Source: Leucoraja erinacea
Taxonomy: Eukaryota
Length of the DNA stretch: 64,000 nt
Reading direction: 5' to 3'
Assembly (NCBI RefSeq): GCF_028641065.1
Contig: NC_073384.1
Coordinates: forward strand, 33,604,001 to 33,668,000
Of the stretch, positions 38,726 through 50,519 are shown in pieces. A program made the position numbers and the translations under genes. The notes under the pieces were generated by a model. That model did not search any database. It was given only the letters and a program-made list of their open reading frames with translations, and was not told the DNA's origin. Positions within the stretch are counted from its first letter, which is position 1; each line of letters starts with the position of its first letter.

Positions 38726-40701
38726 TAGTGCCCTCCATAATGTTTGGGACAAAGACCCATCATTTATTTATTTGCCTCTACTCCACAATTTGAGATTTGT
38801 AATAGAAATAAATCACACGTGGTTAAAGTGCACATTGTCAGATTTTAATAAAGGCAATTTTTATCCATTTTGGTATCACCATGTAGAAATTACAGCAGTT
38901 TATATATCGTCCCCCCCATTTCAGGGGGCACAGCAATGTTATGTAAATGAAATAAGTCATGTTTAGTATTTTGTTGTATATCATTTGCATGCCATGACTG
39001 CTTGAAGTCTGCGATTCATGGACATCACCAGTTGCTGGGTGTCTTCTTTGGTGATGTTTTGCCAGACCTTCTTCTTTCGTGTGGCGTGCACAGCCTAAAG
39101 TTGTTGGACAACTTGTTCTATTTGATCTTCTGTTTGTGCACGTCGAGTTGATTGCATTAGTCGAAACAGGGCGGACCACGTGAAGTTTGCAATCTTCCAA
39201 CTCTTTGCCAGGCCTGAATTACAGCCATCTTTAGCTTATGCTTGTTTTGGGGGTTAGTCCCCTTCAGTTTTCTGTACAGCATATAAAAGGCATGCTCAAT
39301 TGTGTTCAGATCAGGTAATTGACTTGGCCACTAAAGAATTGACCATTTATTAGCTTTGAAAAACTCCTTTGTTGCTTTAGCAGTATGTTTGGGATAATTG
39401 TCTTGCTGTAGAATGAACCGCCAGCCAATGTTTTGAGGCATTTGTTTGAACGAGCAGATAGGATGGGTCTCTCCACTTCAGAATTCAGTACGCTACCACC
39501 ATTAGCAGTTGTATCATCAATGAAGATAAGTGAGCCAGTACCTTCAGCAGCCATACATGCCCAGACCATAACACCCCCATCACCGTGTTTCACAAATGAG
39601 GTGGTATGCATTGGATCTTGGGCAGTTCCTTCTCTCCTCTACACTTTGCTCTTGCCATCACTCTGATACAAGTTAATATTCGTCTCATCTGTTCACAAGA
39701 CCTTTTTCCAGAACTTTGGTTCCTCTTTTAAGTACTTCTTGGCAAACTGTAACCTGGCCATCCTATTTTTGCGGCTAACCAGTGGCTTGCTTCTTGCAGT
39801 GTAGCTTCTGTATTTCTGTTCATGAAGTCTTCTGTGGACAATGATCATTGACAAATTCACATCTGGCACCTGAAGAGTGTTTCTGATCTATCGGAAGTGT
39901 TTGGGAATTTTTCTTTATCATAGAGAGAATTCTTCTGTCATTAGCCATGGAGTTCTTCCTTGGCCTGCCAATCCCTTTACGAATTAGTAGGCTCTTTCTT
40001 CTTAATGATGTTCCAAACAGTTGATTTTTGTAAGCCGAAGGTTTGGCTGATGTCTCTAACAGTTTTATTCTTGTTTCTCAGTCTCATAATGGTTCTTTGA
40101 CTTTCATTGGCACAACTTTGGTCCTCATGTTGATAAACAGCAGTAAAAGTTTCCATAGGTGATGGAAAGACTACGTGCTGAGTGAAAGAGCTAATAGTCA
40201 AATCTAAAATGGTCGTTCTTCTACAAAAGCATGGACTAGTAGAACAAAAGAATGTCTCGGTGCCAAGTCTGAATGACTTTGTAAATTATATGGAACACAA
40301 TATGGAGGACAGGTTGTCTTTTCAATAAAGACATTAAGATGGCAGCCTGCAGCAATAGCATGTGCTTCATTCAAGGCCATAAAGAAGCCAAGATTGAACT
40401 TTGACACAGAGCTCTTATACCTGCATTAAGGAGGCAATTAAACACACCTGAGCAATTACAAACGCCTGTGAAACCAGGCGTCCCAAACATTATAGTGCCC
40501 TGAAATGGGGGGACTATGTATAAACACGCCTGTAATTTCTACATGGTGAAACCAAAAATGTATAAAAATGGCCTTTAATAAAATCTGATAATCTGCACTT
40601 CAACCACATGTGGTTTTTTGTCTATTAAAAATATCAAATTATGGAGTAGAGGCAAATAAATAAATGATTGGTCTTTGTCCCAAATATTATGGAGGACACT
40701 T
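38726..40701 (-). mobile_element. Tc1-family transposon with about 210-bp TIRs and a degenerate transposase, in the last POLR3F intron
   Basis: Long inverted ends (AGTGCCCTCCATAATGTTTGGGACAAAGAC...); fragments VRDISQTFGLQKSTVWNIIKK and VKHGDGGVMVWACMAAEGTGSLIFID. Confidence 0.88.
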
Positions 40702-40749
40702 ATATTAGTGACATACAGGAGTTTCAGTTGTTTGCAATGTGTTTTCCAG

Positions 40750-40827
40750 GTATTTGATGATTGCCATGAAGGCGGCGACATTTCTCCAGCGACGTGTCTG
40801 TATATGACGGAGTGGCTGGAGTTTTAA
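40750..40827 (+). CDS. POLR3F: POLR3F exon 9 (last coding exon)
   Basis: VFDDCHEGGDISPATCLYMTEWLEF*; the nine exons sum to 945 nt (314 aa plus stop). Confidence 0.97.
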   Translation, partial: VFDDCHEGGDISPATCLYMTEWLEF

Positions 40828-41175
40828 CTAAAATTGCGTTGGCAGAAGGAACATTAAAGCTTGGATGGTGGTTGCTGTGTCTGAAAGGATTTGTATCAAG
40901 TCCATGGCATCAACAGCCTATTCAGCTCAATTCCATGCATTGAGCCTCTTTCCAACCTGGTCTGACAAACTGCTCCATTGCTTATCTGGCTTCCCATTGT
41001 ACTTACTGGAACCGAGACATAGTTCCACAGTGGACAGATGTGAGAAGATGCCAGACATGAAGCACATTGAAGAGAAGATCCTGTTTTTTTTATTTTTAAA
41101 TCTACATTTCTTTCTTATCCAAACAGATCGCAATTCAACCATTTAACTGTAAAAAATTACTCGCCATGAAAATCA

Positions 41176-41181
41176 AATAAA
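41176..41181 (+). terminator. Probable POLR3F polyadenylation signal
   Basis: AATAAA about 350 nt after the stop, followed by a T/GT-rich tract. Confidence 0.55.
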
Positions 41182-41369
41182 AATTTACTGTTTTGAAATG
41201 TATTTTGATGGTTCACAGGAACATTCTCAGTCAAAGTGACACTTGCTCAGTATGGAGACCTTACAAGAGGTTATTTTTAAGTGTTTCATGGTGTTGAGAG
41301 AGGGTGAAATTCTAGTTATTTGAGTCAAGATAACTGGAGGCCCGGTGATTTTATACTTTAGATTTAACT

Positions 41370-44045
41370 TTAGAGAGTCATCATGAATCCTTCCTGCTCA
41401 TGCATTGTTTTAATTTCATACAAATCAACGTTGGATGTGCGATGAGCAGGCCTGGGGCACCACCGCTGGTTCACGCTGCCTGCCCGAACACCACGAGGCC
41501 GAGACCCACGACACGATTGCCGCCACGAGGAACAGCACCAACACTCACCGCCTTCCAAGCACGGACGACCGACGCTGTTGCCATCGTCGACCCTCACCTC
41601 CTCTCCAGGGCCACAACCGCCGACCTTCACCATCTCCCTGGGGCTACCGTCATTGACCTTCACTGCCTCTACGGCGCCGTTGCCATCGACCACATCGCTG
41701 GGGCCACAACCGGCAACTCCCACAGCCTCCGCGAGACCGCCTCCCCAATGCCATCGCTGCAACCGACTTTCACCGCCTTCCCGGCCACCTGCTGACCGGG
41801 ACGACCGACGCATCGTTTGCTGACTCCGGCTAGTCCCCAGCCGGCCTTTACCAGCGGCTCCGCCGACCCTCACCTTTCCACCGCCCACCAGTGGGCCGCA
41901 GCCGTCGTCTTTCTTGAGTCCCAGGCTGAGCACCGGGCCCACCGTCTCTACAATGCAGACTCCAACAGCACATGGTCGGACTCTGCTGGGTCCTATTGCT
42001 GCCCCCCCCTCCGACAGGGTACATCAGTGGGGGTTCCACTGGTTCTTCCCTTTCCACTTTTAGCCAGGCAGTTCCAACTACTCCCCACACATACATAGTC
42101 CTCATGCCCCCACTCTTCCCTTAACACCCACCATCCCTCAACCAGGCATCGCCTCGGCCTCCTTCTACTCACCTGCCTTCCTCCGACCCCAACCCCCAAC
42201 CTTTCTGTGTGTTCACCATTCCCCCTGACTTCCCCCTTTCTGATATGGAAAGGTTTGTCTTTAGCAGAGGCTTCACCTTTGTTCCCCTCCGCCCTCACCT
42301 CAACGAGTTCCGGTTCCTCCACGATGTAGAGCTCTTCTGCCTTCGCCTCCACCTCTGGGCCTTTTTCTATGGGAAGGTGTCCTCACCACCCAGTGACAAC
42401 CCCTTCTCCCGTCTCCAACGGACCCCCACCTCTTGGACTCCCCCGGATGGCCCTCTACCTTCTTTAGACCTTTTCATTTCCAACTGCCGGCAGAACATCA
42501 ACCGCCTCAACTTTTCCATTCCCCTTACTTACTCAAACCTCTCTCCCCCTGAACGTACAGCCCTCCGCTCACTCTGCAGCAACCCCAACTTGATGATCAA
42601 ACTCGTCGACAAGGGAGGTGCTGTGGTAGTCTGGTGCGCTGACCTCTGCCGGACTGAGGCCAGGTGACAACTCTTAGACACCTCCTCCTACTTGGACCAT
42701 GACGCCACAGACGAGCACCAGGCCTTAATCTCGAACACCATTACTGATATCATCACTTCTGGCTCTCTGCCCTCTAAAGCCTCCAACCTTATCGTTCCCC
42801 AGCCCCGCACGGCCCGATTTTATCTTCTCCCCAAAATACACAAACAGAACTGTCCTGGCAGACCCATTGTTTCTGCTTGTTCATGTCCCATCAAATTAAT
42901 TTCCACATACCTCGACTCCATCCTGGTCCAATCCCTCCCTACCTGTGTTCAAGACCTCACACGCCCTTTGTCTCTTCAATTATTTCCTTTTTCCAGGCCC
43001 CCATGACCTCATCTTTACTGCGGATGTCCACAACTCTGCACCTCTATCCCCCACCAGGAAGGTCTTAAAGCCCTCCATATCTTCTTCGACTGCAGAATCA
43101 GCCAATTTCCGTCCACCAAAACTCTCCTCCGCCTAGCAGAGATGGTTCTTGTCCTCAACAACTTCTCCTTTGACCTCCCCCTTCCCCCAAATCCAAGGCA
43201 TAGCTATGGGCACTCGCATGGGCCCTAGCTATGCTTGCCTCTTTGTAGAGTACGTTAATCACTGTTCCAGGCGTACACTGGCCCCATCCCCGAACTTTAC
43301 CTCCGCTACATTGACGACTGCATTGGTGCTACCTCCTGCACCCATGCAGAACTCACTGAGTTCATCAACTTCACCACCAATTTCCATCCTGCACTCAAAT
43401 TCAATTGGACCATCTCCGACATCTCCCTACTGTTTCTGGATCTCACCGTCTTCATCACAGGAAACAGACAATTGACCGACATCTACTACAAACCTACTGC
43501 CTCCAATAGATATCTAGACTACACTTCTTCCCACCCTGCTTCCTGTAAAGACTCTATACCCTACTCCCAATTCCTCCGTCTACGCCGTATCTGTGCCCAG
43601 GATGAGGTTTTCCATACCAAGGCATCAGAGATGTCCTCATTCTTTACGAAACGGGGGTTCCCCTCTTCCATTATAGATGAGGCTCTCCTCGATATCCCAT
43701 AGCTCCGCTCTTGCTCCCTCTCCCCCATTTCGTAACAAGAAGTCCCCCTTGTCCTTGCCTTCCACTCCATCAGCCGTCGCATACAGCATATAATCCTCCA
43801 ACATTATTGCCACCTCCAACGGGATCCCACTTGCTTTCTCTCTCTATCCCCTCCCACTTCCCAGTTCTCCCACCTGTCTTACTGTCCGACTATTCTAAAT
43901 TTGTCCCGCCCACTCCCCTGATCTGAAGAAGGGTCGAGACGTCATCTACTCCTTCTCTCCAGAGATGCTGCCTGTCCCGCTGAATTACTCCAGCATTTTG
44001 TGACTACCTTTGATTTAAACCTGCATCTGCAGTTCTTTCCTACAC
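41370..44045 (+). mobile_element. Penelope (Poseidon-type) retroelement, degenerate, GIY-YIG region missing
   Basis: YLLPKIHKQNCPGRPIVSACSCP, GIAMGTRMGPSYACLF, YIDD, TDIYYKPT; pLTR at about 43920-44045; left boundary approximate. Confidence 0.88.
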
Positions 44046-45113
44046 ATATATAATCTAGTCTTTTATTGTATGTGGTGCCAGATCACGTGTTGGATTTGTA
44101 GAGGATCGATGTTGACACAGGATGGACTAAATAACTTTTTTAAATGACCCCCTATGTAGATGTCTGCATTCTTTCAGTTGTGGCCACTTTTGCATCTCAG
44201 GGAAACATGGAATAAGATGTACTGCTTGGGTTAGACCAAGACTGTACCTGTAAACATGTAGCAAGGAAGAATTTCATCTTTCAGGTTCTTATGCAGTGCA
44301 TGTGACAGATAAACATGCTTGAATTTTGCGCAAAGTTTCCCCTGAAACCAATACATGAGAGATGGCAGAGGAGTTTAAAAGATATTCTGCATCAGACGTT
44401 AAAGTCAGAATTACTATGGATATCCATTTATCCCAACAAATTAAATTAAATACTGGAATTAAATAGTCACCATTCCTGGAGAATTGGTATGCAAATTAAT
44501 GGGGCCAAAGGCTGATAAATTCCCTGGACTTAATACAGCTCCAGAGACATGGACTTCATTAGTTACAGTCTTCAACAATGTTGAGATTCTGGAGATACAT
44601 AAATACAAATATTTTTTTTCTCCAATGAATCCCTTGTTATAAGTGGAGATGAATTGTATGGAATGTTTATCTCAACAAAAATAACAATACACATAAATGG
44701 AGACATATACTTTTAAATGCATGTTAAATATAGGTAACATAGTTTAAGAATATAATTCACAAGAAATAATAGTGTAGTTTAGATACAGCTTGGAAACAGG
44801 CTCTTTGGCCCACTGAGTCCACACCGTTCACATTAGTTCTACATTATTCCACTTTCTCATCCACTCCTTATGCACCAGGGGCACAAACCCGCACATATTT
44901 GGAATGTGGGAGGAAACCGGAGCACCCGGAGGAAACCCACACGGTCACAGGGAGAACGTGCAAACTCCCCACAGACGGCAGCTGAGGCCAGGATTGAACC
45001 CGAGTCTCTGGCGCTGTGAGGCAGCGACTCTACCAGCTGCACCACTGTTCCACCCTAGTTGATGCACAAGAACACCCAGGTACTAACCAGAGATGTTGTG
45101 TGGTGGAGCAGGG

Positions 45114-46787
45114 TTACGTGGGGGGAGAGGGAGGCTCTATTTTGAAGATGAGGAAAGCATCGACAGGTATTTGCTGCGCGTTGCGCATCCTTTCCTTGTA
45201 CATTTGCCTGTAACAGCTGATGGCATCCTGCAGCAATCGCCCGACCTTCAAACTGCGCTCCCGGTTCGGATCATTAGCACTGAGGATGTGCACGACTTGA
45301 TCGATGTAGGACAAGACATCAGACAGGTGGCTGGTCTGCAGTTGAAGCGGGGCGGGCGGCTCCTGATCCTCAGCCTCTTCTGCCGATCGCTCCTGCTCCA
45401 GCAACACGAGGTCTTCGTTGGACAGATCTTCGTTTTGTGAATCCAGCAGCTGAATCACGTCTCCGTCGACGATGTCCTGAAAGCCGGCCTCGTTCGCCAG
45501 TCCCACAATGTCGCTGGTGACTTTCTCTGCAGGTTCTGCTGGTGGAATGCCACCAAAGTTGCTGACACACTCCGGCCAGATGTTTTTCCAGGCACCATTC
45601 ATTGTAGAAATGCTCACCTCATCCCATGACTCCGAGATGTTGTCTATTGCATTCATAATGTTAAAGCTTTTCCAAAATTCTCGAACTGTTGGTTTACTAT
45701 GTCCATCAGTCACATTGACCAATTGCGCAAACGTTTTTCTTAAATAATATCTCTTGAAATTTGCAATTACACCTTGATCCATTGGTTGTAATAAGGCTTT
45801 TGTGTTCTTGGACAAGTACTCTACTCTCACATTGTCAGTAAGATTGTTTAAGTGCAGTGGGTGGCTGGGCGCCTTGTCTAGAATGAGCAAAGCTTTGTTG
45901 GGAATGTTGCATTTGGCACAGTACCTCTCCAAGGCAGGGCAGAAATGGTTGATAAACCAGTCGTGAAAAATAGCCGCAGTCATCCAAGCTTTCCGGTTCG
46001 AGCACCAAATGACAGGTAAGTTTGGCTTTGCATAGCCCTGGAGAGCTCTGGGATTTTCACAGCTGTACACTAGAACGGGCTTTAACTTAAAATCGCCGGC
46101 AGCATTGCCTCCCAGAAGTAGTGCCAGATGATCCCTGGAAGCCTTAAAACCCGCAGCAGACTGCTCTTCTATGGATATAAATGTCCTTTCAGGCAAGCGT
46201 TTCCAAAAAAGAACCGTTTCATCTGCATTGAACACCTGTCCTGGCAGAAATCCTTCTTCATCGATGATCTTTTTCAATTCACTAGGATAATTTATTGCAA
46301 CTTCTACATCAGCAGTTTGCACGTTATTCAGGTTAAATCGCTTCCGAAATCGGTCAAACCAACCTTTGCTTGCCTGGAATGGTTTTTTGTGAGCACCACT
46401 ACCTTCTTCTTTCACCAAATCATTGTACAAGCTCTTGGCCTTAGACTGAATAGCTATCATATTTAAGGGGACATCGAGTTGCCCCTGGTCTTGAATCCAC
46501 ACACTCAGCAGCCTTTCCATGTTAAGCATCACTTCACTGCGATGAAAATACAGTGTTCGAGCACTTAACGGTGTTGCAACTTGAGCACTGGCCATGATTC
46601 TATCTCTGCTGTCCCTTATTGTTGCCACGGTAGATGTAGCAAGCCCCAGAGTTTTGGAAATTGCACTAAGTTTCTCTCCAGCAGCAAATCTTTGTAAAAT
46701 ATCCAGTTTTACATCCAGAGTGATTCCTTTACGTGTACGTTTAGGTTTACTATTTGCACTGGAACCTGTTGACCTTTTCCCAGACAT
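45114..46787 (-). CDS. Tigger/pogo transposase-derived protein (TIGD1-like; CENP-B-type HTH domains plus DDE_1), 557 aa, intact
   Basis: Uninterrupted ORF with RKGITLDVKLDIL...STVATI, FQASKGWFDRFRKR, FNADET, LLILDKAPSH and QPMDQG (DD32D). Confidence 0.92.
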   Translation of the reverse strand: MSGKRSTGSSANSKPKRTRKGITLDVKLDILQRFAAGEKLSAISKTLGLATSTVATIRDSRDRIMASAQVATPLSARTLYFHRSEVMLNMERLLSVWIQDQGQLDVPLNMIAIQSKAKSLYNDLVKEEGSGAHKKPFQASKGWFDRFRKRFNLNNVQTADVEVAINYPSELKKIIDEEGFLPGQVFNADETVLFWKRLPERTFISIEEQSAAGFKASRDHLALLLGGNAAGDFKLKPVLVYSCENPRALQGYAKPNLPVIWCSNRKAWMTAAIFHDWFINHFCPALERYCAKCNIPNKALLILDKAPSHPLHLNNLTDNVRVEYLSKNTKALLQPMDQGVIANFKRYYLRKTFAQLVNVTDGHSKPTVREFWKSFNIMNAIDNISESWDEVSISTMNGAWKNIWPECVSNFGGIPPAEPAEKVTSDIVGLANEAGFQDIVDGDVIQLLDSQNEDLSNEDLVLLEQERSAEEAEDQEPPAPLQLQTSHLSDVLSYIDQVVHILSANDPNRERSLKVGRLLQDAISCYRQMYKERMRNAQQIPVDAFLIFKIEPPSPPT

Positions 46788-47136
46788 CTTGAGGGTAAAT
46801 AACGTGGAAAAACCTTGAAGAAAAGCTTGGACAGCGGAAGCAAACAGGACCTGCTGTGTGGACTGAAGTCAAACCAATCTGCCACATCTTCTGCACACGC
46901 ATCTGAAAATGCCAGTTGAGTATCTGGAAACAAAATTGACAATATTTGTTGTTTCTTTCTCTTTTATTTTCACAATTTTTAAATGTAATTATGCCCTAAA
47001 TTCGGTGAGTAATTTTTTTTTCTGTACCTCAAATTTTTTTATGGTGATTTGTGATTTTCGTAAGGGTAAATTTCCGTTATCGCAACTGCCTTAATGTATG
47101 AATACACTGTTCTACAGGATTGGAAAACTGACCATA

Positions 47137-47230
47137 CAGATGCTTCCTGACTTACGGAATGCTTGTGTCCTGCAGACCCATGCCTAAGTCAGAGGTTACG
47201 CAAGTCAGAAATGGAAATACCACTGCGCGC
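47137..47230 (+). mobile_element. Tigger-type terminal repeat fragment (MER47-like)
   Basis: TA|CAGATGCTTCCTGACTTACG...CCCATGCCTAAGTC; no partner TIR found. Confidence 0.4.
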
Positions 47231-48563
47231 ATGTAAATTTACTGTTTGATGTAGAGACCATGCGAGAGTGTCGACGCGGGGACCACGGGGGAGTCAAAAA
47301 GGCTTATGGCACGTTGGCCTTCATCAGTCAGAGTACTGAGTATCGAAGTTTGGAGCTACAAAAATTGTAGTTATATGAGACATTGATGAGGCTGCATTTA
47401 GAGCATTGTGTTCAGTTCTGGGCACCTTGTCATAGGAAAGATGTTGCCAGCTGGAAAGAGTGCAGAGTAGATTTACGAGGATGGGGCCAGGACTCAGGGG
47501 CCTGAGCTATAGGGAGAGATTGAGCAGGCTATGACTCTATTCTTTGGAGGGCAGGAAGATGTGGGGTGATCTTATAGATGTGTACAAAATCAAGGGAGGA
47601 ATAGACCAGGTAAATGCACTGAGTCTTGTGCCCAGAGTAGGCAAATCGAAGGGAGGTAGGCTCGTGGGGGGGGGGGGGGTTAGGGTCGGGGGAGGGGGTA
47701 GGATCGAGGGGGAGAGTTGGGGGGGGGGGGGGGGGGGAGAGAGTTGGGGGGGGGGGGGGGGGGGGAGAAGAGTCTGGGGGGGGGGGGTGCGGGTGCCAGT
47801 GTAGCACACGGGGAGAGAGCGGTGACAGTGCGGCATGGTCAATGACTGGGTGGACGGAGAGACCAGACTGTCCCCAACTCTGCTGCCGGACATTGCCGGG
47901 TTTTCGACCCCATGTGTGATTACGGCCCCGCTCCACCCGGCCCCGTGTGTGGGCGCTGCCGACCCACAGCCCGTGACAGTGCAGCCGCACAGAGGGAGAC
48001 GGGGCGGAGGGCGGCCGTGGTCGGACAGCGCTGACCCCGGGGTGCTGTCCCGAGTGATGCGCTCCATCGGTCGCTTATGCCTTGCTCAGGTTCAGAGCAA
48101 AGATACTAGAGCGCTGTCACTCTCCACAATTATTTACAGCGCAAAAGGTTGATAATTTCAGTGTTTTTTAACAGATAAGAAAGTACATATTTCGTGTATT
48201 AACAGTGTATGCCGGAAGTTGCCATGTTCTACAGACGGATTGAGCTGCTCCGTGCGTCACGCCCTTTGACCCGATGACCTTACGTGCAACCCCCCAATAG
48301 AGAAAGACCTGGATGGAGTGATTGTGGAGAGTCTAGGGCCAGAGGCCATAGCCTCAGAATAAAAGTACGTACCTTTAGAAAGGAGAAATTTGTTTAGTCA
48401 AGAGGATGGCAAATTCATTGGCACAGACAGCTGGTGAGGCCAAATCAATGGATATTTTTAAGGCAGCGATTAACATATTCTTGATTAGTGAGGGTGTCAG
48501 AGATTACGTGGAAAAGGCAGAATAGGGTTGAGACAGAAAGATAGATCAGCCATGATCTAGAGT

Positions 48564-48803
48564 AGGTACACAAAAATGCTGGAGAAACTCAGCGGGTGCA
48601 GCAGCATCTATGGAGCGAAGGAAAAAGGCGACGTTTCGGGCCGAAACCCTTCTTCAGACTGATGGTCCATCAGTCTGAAGAAGGGTTTTGGCCCGAAAGG
48701 TCGCCTTTTTTCTTCACTCCATAGATGCTGCTGCACCCGCTGAGTTTCTCCAGCATTTTTGTGTACCTTCGATCTTCCAGCATCTGCAGTTCCTTCTTGA
48801 ACA
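48564..48803. mobile_element. Penelope-derived fold-back element inserted in a CR1 3' UTR
   Basis: Near-perfect palindrome with about 100-bp arms; TSD CATGATCTAGAGT (48551-48563, 48804-48816). Confidence 0.8.
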
Positions 48804-49399
48804 CATGATCTAGAGTAGACTAGGTGGAGTAGACTTGATAGAAACATAGAAATTAGGTGCAGGAGTAGGCCATTCGGCCCTTTGAGCCTGCACCGCCATT
48901 CAATATGATCATGGCTGATCATCCAACTCAGTATCCCGTACCTGCCTTCTCTCCATACCCTCTGATCCTCTTAGCCACAAGGGCCACATCTAACTCCCTC
49001 TTAAATATAGCCAATGAACTGGCCTCGACTACCCTCTGTGGCAGAGAGTTGGGCCAAATGGCCTAATTCTGCTCATAGAACTTATGAACTGCCATTCTCC
49101 CAATATGTTGGCTAACTCTTTGAAATATGACTTGGCCCTTTGTTTTGCTGAATCTGAGCTAAGCTGCTGAATGTGGTTCTGTAAAAAATAAATATCCAGG
49201 CAGAGAAAGAAAGATACTGCCTGACCCACTGGGTTATTCCAACGTTTTGGGTCCATCTTTGTCCAAAGTGCAAGTTTCTTGTTGCAAACTTAGGGTTTTC
49301 AGATATTTCTACAACTTCAGATAAGACAGTTTGTCATCCTTTATACAGAGTTGGCTGTACAGTTGTGTATAGTACACACTCTGCAGAAATAATAAATCT

Positions 49400-49920
49400 A
49401 CGCGTGCGCAGTAGCTCTACCGTTGCTCCGACTTGCGTAACATCTGACATACGGTATGGTCCGCGGAACGTAATCATTACACGCCGGGGAGCGGCTGCAT
49501 CTTTGCTGTCCTGTGTGAACGTATCATACATTCCGGGCGCTGACGATAAGATCTTTTACCTCAGCACCGCCTGCTCCTCCCGCAGCTCCCCGCGCCCATT
49601 GGCTCCATCACCTGGCGACGGACACCCGCCTGCGCTTCCCGCTCCCAGCCCAGCGCCAGCCCAGCGCCAGCACAACTCACGTGATCACATGCGGAAGTGA
49701 CGCAGGCACGCAGTGGGCCTCGCTCCCTCGCTCTTCCCGCCCCCCCCCCCCCCCCCCCCCCCACGTCGCCTGGCAACCGAGAAGCCGCGGCCTAGTGAAG
49801 AGCAACGGCGCTCCCATCCTAACCCGGGGGGTGGGGGAAGCGGTCTGGGGACATGCCTTGGGCCTCGCAGCCACCGCAAACGACAGTCTGACGGCCTGTG
49901 AGAAATTCTTAAAATCTGAA
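49400..49920. promoter_or_regulatory. CpG island / bidirectional promoter with E-box, ETS-CRE composite and RFX X-box
   Basis: TCACGTGA 49677-49684; CGGAAGTGACGC 49692-49703; GTCGCCTGGCAAC 49765-49777; plus-strand donor-like GAA|GTACGG at 49920/49921. Confidence 0.6.
49560..49690 (-). other. Putative non-coding first exon of the Tigger-derived gene
   Basis: CpG-rich; donor GCTGAG|GTAAAA at 49560/49559; candidate acceptor ttttgtttccAG at 46925-46924, 136 nt upstream of the ATG; 5' end approximate. Confidence 0.5.
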
Positions 49921-50519
49921 GTACGGCTTGCATCAGGTTTTACACGTTGCATTGGTTATGTGGTGGGATTATTGGCTATTGCAAAGTGTTCCTTGGGGGC
50001 AGGTGGCTGCAGAGACGTGTGTGGGATTGGGTGTGAAAACACAGTTGCACTAATGAGGTTGCTCTGAAAGCTGGCAAAGGCACGATGGGCCGAACAGGCG
50101 CAACGAGAAGAAATATCGACCGGCTTTTGGATAGGCACGTGGTTATGGAGTGGTGTGAATTATCGGCAGGTAGATTAGGGTGTTTTGGTAACTATAATGG
50201 TAACTGTAACTTTAAGTACTGAGTACTAGAATGGTATGATTTGTGTCATGAGATATATTCAATATCATCAGTTTTGTGAATGTGTGTGAGTATGCGCAGT
50301 GTACCTTTGTAAAATAAAGAAGACCCGCACTGGCAATAGCGTGTACTGAAAACCTGTGCTTATTTCTATCTGCATACTGAAGCCGTAAAATCTTACAATG
50401 ACAATTATTGTCAACTTCAAAGTCTTGCCTTTGTGTTGTACTTCACAAGCTATCGCTCCACATGTCTCCAATCTTCTCATAGAAAGAAGGCTTTGAACTA
50501 GACTGAGTTTGGTTCTACC

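Noticed and set aside
47640-48300. GC-rich insertion in CR1 with 153-176-aa ORFs and a transposon-like right end
   Set aside because: The ORFs come from G-runs, and no partner TIR or TSD could be fixed, so it was left unclassified.
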